Below, one piece after another: positions 58,847 through 64,000 of a stretch of 64,000 bases of DNA. Under the pieces are notes generated by a model. That model was not told the origin of the DNA, did not search any database, and saw only the letters and a list, made by a program, of their open reading frames with translations. Both the position numbers and the translations under genes were made by a program. The DNA is from Candidatus Woesearchaeota archaeon (lineage in GTDB: Archaea > Nanobdellota > Nanobdellia > Woesearchaeales > 0-14-0-80-44-23), in NCBI GenBank assembly GCA_038874135.1, contig JAVZCZ010000001.1, positions 800,001-864,000 of the forward strand, written 5' to 3'. Position 1 is the first letter of the stretch. Every line of letters starts with the position of its first letter.

Positions 58847-61315
58847 TCACTTGAAGAAGCTGCTCAAATTTCTCTGCTGTTTTTCTCCTTGCGCGCCACC
58901 TACAAGCTCTTCTTCTTCATATCCGAGAACTTCAAATATGCGCCCTACTGATGGAATTATCTGGTTGCTTATGTAGTATTCAGAATCGTAGCTTCCCTCT
59001 TCAGCTTCTTCAGGAAGCTTAGCCCTGTCCCTTATCCTGCCCTTTCCCTCAACTACTATGTAGGGTATTATTGTGCCCGGGCCAACAACCTTTCTCAGCT
59101 CCTTCATCCTCTGAGCAACAGCCACGTGGGGCCCTACGGAGTTGTATTCGTCTACTCCCTTCTGAAGCTGAGTATATATTATGAGTTGTTCGTTGGGAAT
59201 CTTCTTTTCTTTGAGCTTCTCAATTATCTGTCTAACATATTTGAAAGCGGCTTCTCCTTCTCCTCTTTCAAGTATCATTCTCAGAACCTTGGCTTGAACC
59301 TCCTTTCCTATTATTGACCAGTTTCTCCTTACAGTTTCAAAGCCTCTAATCTTTAGCCTTCCAGAGGCTGAGATTAGGGCGTACTTCTTCTTAGCTCCAT
59401 AGCTTCCAGCCTTTGCTGAAACAAATATTCCCCTGGGGTAAAAGTCCTCAAGCTCCATCTCCATTGTTCCAGGAAGTTCCCTGTTTATCTGGTTTAGGAA
59501 GTGTTCAGCATCCTCTCTTCTCTTATCTCCCAGGGTGAAAAATATTGAGTCCGTATCAGAATATAGTACCTTAAATCCGTTCTCAGTGGCTTTATCAATA
59601 ACTTTCTTTATGTAATACCTTCCATAAGCAGTTATGCTCTTTGCACACTCTATGCAGTACCACCTGGCTGCGAAGAAGCCCATATAGCCATACATTGAAT
59701 TTGCTATTGTTTTTAGAGCGTTCTGCCTAGCGTTCAGCAGCTTTTTGTCGTGCTCATTTGCACCTTTGAGAATCTCTTTTATTCTCATCCTTCTTGTTAT
59801 GAGCTCGTTTATCACAGTAGATATGAAGCCCCGCTTCTTTTTACAGAACCAGTAGTCCAGCTCGGGCACATCCTCTTTTGAGCTACGGCAGCATTCACAG
59901 TTAAGCGTGTCGGGAGATATGTTATGAGTTGTTATTATGCTTGGGTAGAGGCTTCTGAAGTCAAAAACAACTATGTTGCTGTAAAGTCCCGGCTGCGGCT
60001 CAAAGACAAACGCTCCAGGGTAGGTCTGCGCCTTTCTAATCCTAACTTCCTGATGGTCTGGCTTGTTTGGGATGAGCTCGTTAAAGTTCTTCGCCTCTTT
60101 TATTAGAAACCACTCAACTATCTGGCTCGGTCCCATTCTGGAAACTTCAAATGCGGGCATTCCGACAATCTTTATCAGCTCCATAAGGTTTTCCAGCGTC
60201 TTTTCCAGAAGCTTATATGTCAGGGCAGAGTCTTGAAGGTTGTATCTGCAAAAAGCCTCCAGCTCTTCAGGATTGTTATCCCAGGCAGATGCCAGCTTTT
60301 CAATTTCAACTTCTTCCTTTCTCTCATCCAAAAGCTCGGAAGCTACAGAATTAAGGTCTAGGTATGTTGTTTCTAGCCCTCTCGCCACAGTATTTCTCAC
60401 AAACTTAAAGACATCAATGTGAGCTATGCCTACAACTCTGCAAGTGCTAATCTGGCCGTGCGAAACTGCGATTGTGCTGTAGTCCATCCCTATGTCCAGT
60501 TCAACCCTATTCTCTTCTGCCCTCTTTTTAAGGTATGGCAGATCGAAGCCGTCTGAGAAATAGCCTGTTATTATGTCCGGCTTGTGCTCTATAATTACCT
60601 GCTTGAACCTTTCTATGAGCTCCCTTTCATCCTTTACAAATTCTATGTAGTCCTCTTTAGTTTTAAACCTCTTCCAGGTTATTACTTTCTTAAAGTTGTG
60701 CGAGTAGAAAGAGCACATAAGGATTGGATCTTTTTCGGGAATCGCCATCTTGCCCTGCGGGTTGTATGTTTCTATGTCAAAAGCCAGTACTTTCAGTTTG
60801 GGTATTGTCTCTTCTGAGAAACATTTGAGTGCAGATGCTTCAAATACCGGCACTCTTGACTTTCTGTTGACAAATTCGCCTTCTGCTTCGCACAGACAGC
60901 ACGGTACTATCTCATTATCTATCAAAAACTTCTTTGAAAACGGGATGTCTTCCTCAAGCACTGAGAAACCCATCTTTTTGATCTCTTCTGCAAAAGCCTC
61001 TGAATCGGAAGGATTCCTGAATTCAACCCTTACCGCTTCAACTTCTCTGCCTACCAGATTCTTTCTGAAAACTTCAGCTGCACTTATCGTTGCAGTAGTG
61101 CCGTTCTTCCTTGTTATTCTCAGTTCTCTTATACTGCTTATTTTATGTCCGCTCAGTGTCTTTTTATCCTCCGGCACTGCCCAAAAGTAGGGATTAAATT
61201 TTGAATACTCCACAGCAATAGGGTCGCCATTCTTATCCCTTCCATACATTATCACACTTGCCCCTTCCTCCCTTACTTTGCCAGCTATTTCCAGAGGATA
61301 AAACTCAATCTTCAT
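58847..61315 (-). CDS. polB: Family B DNA polymerase
   Basis: FDIET, FDLPYL, DFRSLYPSII, KTIANSMYG, YSDTDS, KKKYA. Confidence 0.97.
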   Translation of the reverse strand: MKIEFYPLEIAGKVREEGASVIMYGRDKNGDPIAVEYSKFNPYFWAVPEDKKTLSGHKISSIRELRITRKNGTTATISAAEVFRKNLVGREVEAVRVEFRNPSDSEAFAEEIKKMGFSVLEEDIPFSKKFLIDNEIVPCCLCEAEGEFVNRKSRVPVFEASALKCFSEETIPKLKVLAFDIETYNPQGKMAIPEKDPILMCSFYSHNFKKVITWKRFKTKEDYIEFVKDERELIERFKQVIIEHKPDIITGYFSDGFDLPYLKKRAEENRVELDIGMDYSTIAVSHGQISTCRVVGIAHIDVFKFVRNTVARGLETTYLDLNSVASELLDERKEEVEIEKLASAWDNNPEELEAFCRYNLQDSALTYKLLEKTLENLMELIKIVGMPAFEVSRMGPSQIVEWFLIKEAKNFNELIPNKPDHQEVRIRKAQTYPGAFVFEPQPGLYSNIVVFDFRSLYPSIITTHNISPDTLNCECCRSSKEDVPELDYWFCKKKRGFISTVINELITRRMRIKEILKGANEHDKKLLNARQNALKTIANSMYGYMGFFAARWYCIECAKSITAYGRYYIKKVIDKATENGFKVLYSDTDSIFFTLGDKRREDAEHFLNQINRELPGTMEMELEDFYPRGIFVSAKAGSYGAKKKYALISASGRLKIRGFETVRRNWSIIGKEVQAKVLRMILERGEGEAAFKYVRQIIEKLKEKKIPNEQLIIYTQLQKGVDEYNSVGPHVAVAQRMKELRKVVGPGTIIPYIVVEGKGRIRDRAKLPEEAEEGSYDSEYYISNQIIPSVGRIFEVLGYEEEELVGGAQGEKQQRNLSSFFK

Positions 61316-61366
61316 AAATCAAATATTTACTTGTGAATATATAAATTTTCTCAATATAAACACGAA

Positions 61367-62176
61367 TTACGGCTTTTGAGCTTCGCTTAGAAATGCGTCT
61401 TTAACTCCCTTATAAACATAAGAAGAGGTTGCCTTTTCAGGCTCATTTGAGAGTGCCTGCTTGTGAGCTTTTTCAGCTGCAAGGTATGCTTCCCTAACTG
61501 AGACCATTCCGTCAGAATTCAAGTCAAGTGATTTGTCTTGAAATGCTTCCCAGAATGTTTTGGAAAAGGTTTTAGATATCGTCTGGTGCTCCTCATCTAC
61601 TGAGGAAATTGCAATTGCATCATACGGAAACTCTTTAAATTCCTCGCTAAATCCTCCGGAGTAACACTGATCTGATACTATGATGGAGAGCCCAGCTCCT
61701 ATCCTCTCAAGATATTCCCTGAGGCATCTTGAGGAGAGCTCGTATTGTGAGAGTTGGAAGGTGCTCTCCCCTTCTCTTCTTCCACCGTGCCCGGTAAGAT
61801 AAACAACAAGTTCGTCATTGTTATCCACAGCATTGTAAAGAGCATTTATCGCGTCTTCCAGGTTTAAAATGCTTGGCTCTGCACAAAAGCTTCTGCCGCT
61901 CGCATCGGGATTTTTGTGAGATATTACTATTATATTTTCGGGTTTAAAACCTTCATTTATTAGACATCTATACGCATTTTTTAAATTTGTCAGGTGTCTA
62001 GCTTCTTTACTGCCGCTCAACAACAAGGCATAATTCTCCCTCAAAGAATGGTTTATCCTGCTCGGATTAAGTGCCTCTTCTAAGCTCATTCCAACAGCTT
62101 CTGGCCTTCCAAAGGTGCAGGTAGCACCCACTGCAAAAACAGCTGCAATCTTTAAGGCTTTCTTCCAGAGGCGCAT
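61367..62176 (-). CDS. Secreted caspase/legumain-like (clan CD) cysteine peptidase
   Basis: Signal peptide; YLTGHGG and SDQCYSGGF dyad; DLNSDGMVS EF-hand-like loop. Confidence 0.82.
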   Translation of the reverse strand: MRLWKKALKIAAVFAVGATCTFGRPEAVGMSLEEALNPSRINHSLRENYALLLSGSKEARHLTNLKNAYRCLINEGFKPENIIVISHKNPDASGRSFCAEPSILNLEDAINALYNAVDNNDELVVYLTGHGGRREGESTFQLSQYELSSRCLREYLERIGAGLSIIVSDQCYSGGFSEEFKEFPYDAIAISSVDEEHQTISKTFSKTFWEAFQDKSLDLNSDGMVSVREAYLAAEKAHKQALSNEPEKATSSYVYKGVKDAFLSEAQKP

Positions 62177-62328
62177 ATGCTCATGATAAGCCGTCTTTTT
62201 TATAAATGTTTCGTTTTGTTGTCATTATAAAATAGTAAAATGATTTGTTTTTTGGGTGTGTTTTTTTGTCCAGTATAAATTCACACAAAAATCTTTAAAT
62301 ACATATATCCTATACGATTTTTAGAAAA

Positions 62329-63414
62329 ATGCTAAACATTTTCAACTTGAACAAACTAAAATATTCAAACAGAACCTCGGAAAAAACTCAATTAGAGGGA
62401 ACTGCAGAAAGCTCTCCTGGCGAAACGGAACCAGGAACTAAAAATGCTGAGAATGTAATTTTGGAGGAATCAAAAATGGAAGAACCAACTGAAAAAAATG
62501 ATGAATCAAATCAAGTGTATGATTTGATAATAATCGGAGGAGGCCCAGCAGGATATTCAGCAGCCATTTATGCGGGAAGGTACAACCTGAAAGCAGTAGT
62601 GCTGACCAAAGAATTAGGTGTCATCTCAGAAGCGCCCGAAGTTGAAAACTATCCCGGAATAGAAAGCATTTCAGGATTTGAGCTTATGCAGAGATTCCAA
62701 AAGCACGCTCAAAAGGTCGGAGTAGAAACCAAGTTTGTAGAAGTTGCAGATGTTAGAAGGGGAATAACACTCTTTTCAGTGACAGATTCCGACGGCAACA
62801 TCTATAAAGGGCACACAATTCTTATAGCAACAGGAACTGAAAAGAGAAAACTTGAAGCTGAAAATGCTGAAAAATATGAGGGAAGAGGAATAAGCTACTG
62901 TGCAACTTGTGACGCAGCATTCTATAAGGACAAAAGAGTAGCAGTGGTCGGCGGGAGTGACAGCGCTGCAAAGTATGCACTGCTGCTCGCAAGCTTTGCT
63001 TCCAAAGTTTATATAATATACCGTGGAGAGAACTTGCGTGCAGAGCAGATGCTCGTGGACAAGGTAAAATCCAATCCCAAAATAGAAATATTGACAAAGG
63101 AGCTCATCTCAAAAATTGAGGGAGAAAAAAGGGTTGAGCGCATAACACTATCCAGCGGAAGGCAGATTGAAATTGATGGCATATTTGTTGCAATGGGCGG
63201 AATCCCAAGCTCTGCACTGGCAAAAAAACTCGGAGTAGAAGTTGACCCCAGCGGTTATATCATAGTTAATAATGAGACCCAAGCAACAAACATTCCTGGA
63301 GTTTATGCAGCAGGCGATGTAACTAAGTTCCCACTAAAACAGATAATAACAGCAGCTGCACAGGGAGCAGTGGCTGCTCATAGCGTAAACGACTTCATAA
63401 AGGAGAGAAGATGA
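62329..63414 (+). CDS. trxB: Thioredoxin reductase (true start may be 62476)
   Basis: IIGGGPAG, SYCATCD, VVGGSDSA, YAAGD; GGAGG RBS before ATG 62476. Confidence 0.93.
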   Translation: MLNIFNLNKLKYSNRTSEKTQLEGTAESSPGETEPGTKNAENVILEESKMEEPTEKNDESNQVYDLIIIGGGPAGYSAAIYAGRYNLKAVVLTKELGVISEAPEVENYPGIESISGFELMQRFQKHAQKVGVETKFVEVADVRRGITLFSVTDSDGNIYKGHTILIATGTEKRKLEAENAEKYEGRGISYCATCDAAFYKDKRVAVVGGSDSAAKYALLLASFASKVYIIYRGENLRAEQMLVDKVKSNPKIEILTKELISKIEGEKRVERITLSSGRQIEIDGIFVAMGGIPSSALAKKLGVEVDPSGYIIVNNETQATNIPGVYAAGDVTKFPLKQIITAAAQGAVAAHSVNDFIKERR

Positions 63415-63761
63415 GAGCCTGCCCCCTTTGCGGAAGTGAGGTCAGCGGCGACTCAAAAACAGGATACTACTGCAAGAGGTGTAACCTCATATTTGACGAG
63501 AGAGAAACAATTTGTGCTCCCGATTCTAAGGTTGAAGAAGCTGAAACCAAAAATTTAGATATAAAAAGCGAAGAAGTTAAAGACAATACGCAAGATGTTC
63601 AGAAATTCATAACCTCCGCCAAAGCAAAGCGCTACCACTTGCCAAACTGCCCATTTGCACAGAAAATACGCCCGGAAAAGAGAATATTTTTCAATTCAGC
63701 CGAAGAAGCAGAAATGCATGGTTACAAGCCTTGCGAGTGCACTCAGAAAATCTCACCTTAA
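63411..63761 (+). CDS. Zn-ribbon + Ada-type metal-binding domain protein
   Basis: CPLC…CKRC; KRYHLPNC…FFNSAEEAEMHGYKPCEC. Confidence 0.8.
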   Translation: MRACPLCGSEVSGDSKTGYYCKRCNLIFDERETICAPDSKVEEAETKNLDIKSEEVKDNTQDVQKFITSAKAKRYHLPNCPFAQKIRPEKRIFFNSAEEAEMHGYKPCECTQKISP

Positions 63762-63970
63762 TAATCTTCAAGCCTGTAAAGCACATAAACCGCTCTTGCA
63801 ATTGCCATAACGCAAAGAAACATCACTACAATGTTCTCTCCCGGAATTCCAAGCCCGAAGAAGGAGTTCTCGCCACGCATATAGGAGCGAAGGCTGGAGA
63901 AAAATATTACCCCAAAAGTGAGTATCAGCACTACAAGCACTTTCACGAATGTCTTTCTGTAGCTTCTCAT
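63758..63970 (-). CDS. Small two-TM membrane protein
   Basis: 70 aa with two hydrophobic helices. Confidence 0.65.
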   Translation of the reverse strand: MRSYRKTFVKVLVVLILTFGVIFFSSLRSYMRGENSFFGLGIPGENIVVMFLCVMAIARAVYVLYRLEDY

Positions 63971-64000
63971 TTTTTATCATCCAAAACAATAGAGAGCATA

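Noticed and set aside
62414-62436. SECIS-like hairpin near trxB
   Set aside because: It lacks the archaeal GAA/A plus 3-bp apical stem, and trxB has CATC with no in-frame TGA.
563-63989. Many 60-200 aa ORFs antisense to or nested in long genes (e.g. 14424-15014, 24079-24588, 29465-30037, 37034-37522)
   Set aside because: They shadow well-supported genes and show no motifs or RBS.

Overview
Gene-dense archaeal chromosome segment. Gene content and style (AMP phosphorylase, aIF5B, TFB, ABCE1, NucS, PolB, SecDF, TATA/BRE promoters, BHB tRNA introns) point to a DPANN archaeon, probably Woesearchaeota-like; the lineage is an inference. Most of the window is housekeeping, with five tRNAs: tRNA-Thr(GGT) has a canonical 37/38 intron and tRNA-Ser(GGA) has a non-canonical T-loop 59/60 intron with a perfect BHB. 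The main result is a 13,336-bp AT-rich element at 44837-58172. It is bounded by perfect 12-bp terminal inverted repeats (GGTTCTGTTAAC, resembling IS6-family ends) and an exact 8-bp target-site duplication (AAAGTGAA), yet contains no recognisable transposase. Its cargo is a type II R-M system with an unannotated ribbon-helix-helix controller, a type I R-M operon interrupted by a membrane transglutaminase-like gene and two HTH-MNT/HEPN pairs (RX4Y variant, with visible operator arrays), stacked 3' remnants of type III and type IIG R-M genes, and a DUF134/NifX-like/DUF5320 module with a shared palindromic operator. Integron attC-like sites punctuate the cargo. Other leads: a strongly base-paired 5' leader of tfb, a large NTase-HEPN fusion next to a CBS protein and a tandem paralog pair, a stand-alone CARF-like protein, and a HemK2-kinase fusion. 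All family assignments come from motif recognition by eye; no searches were run.
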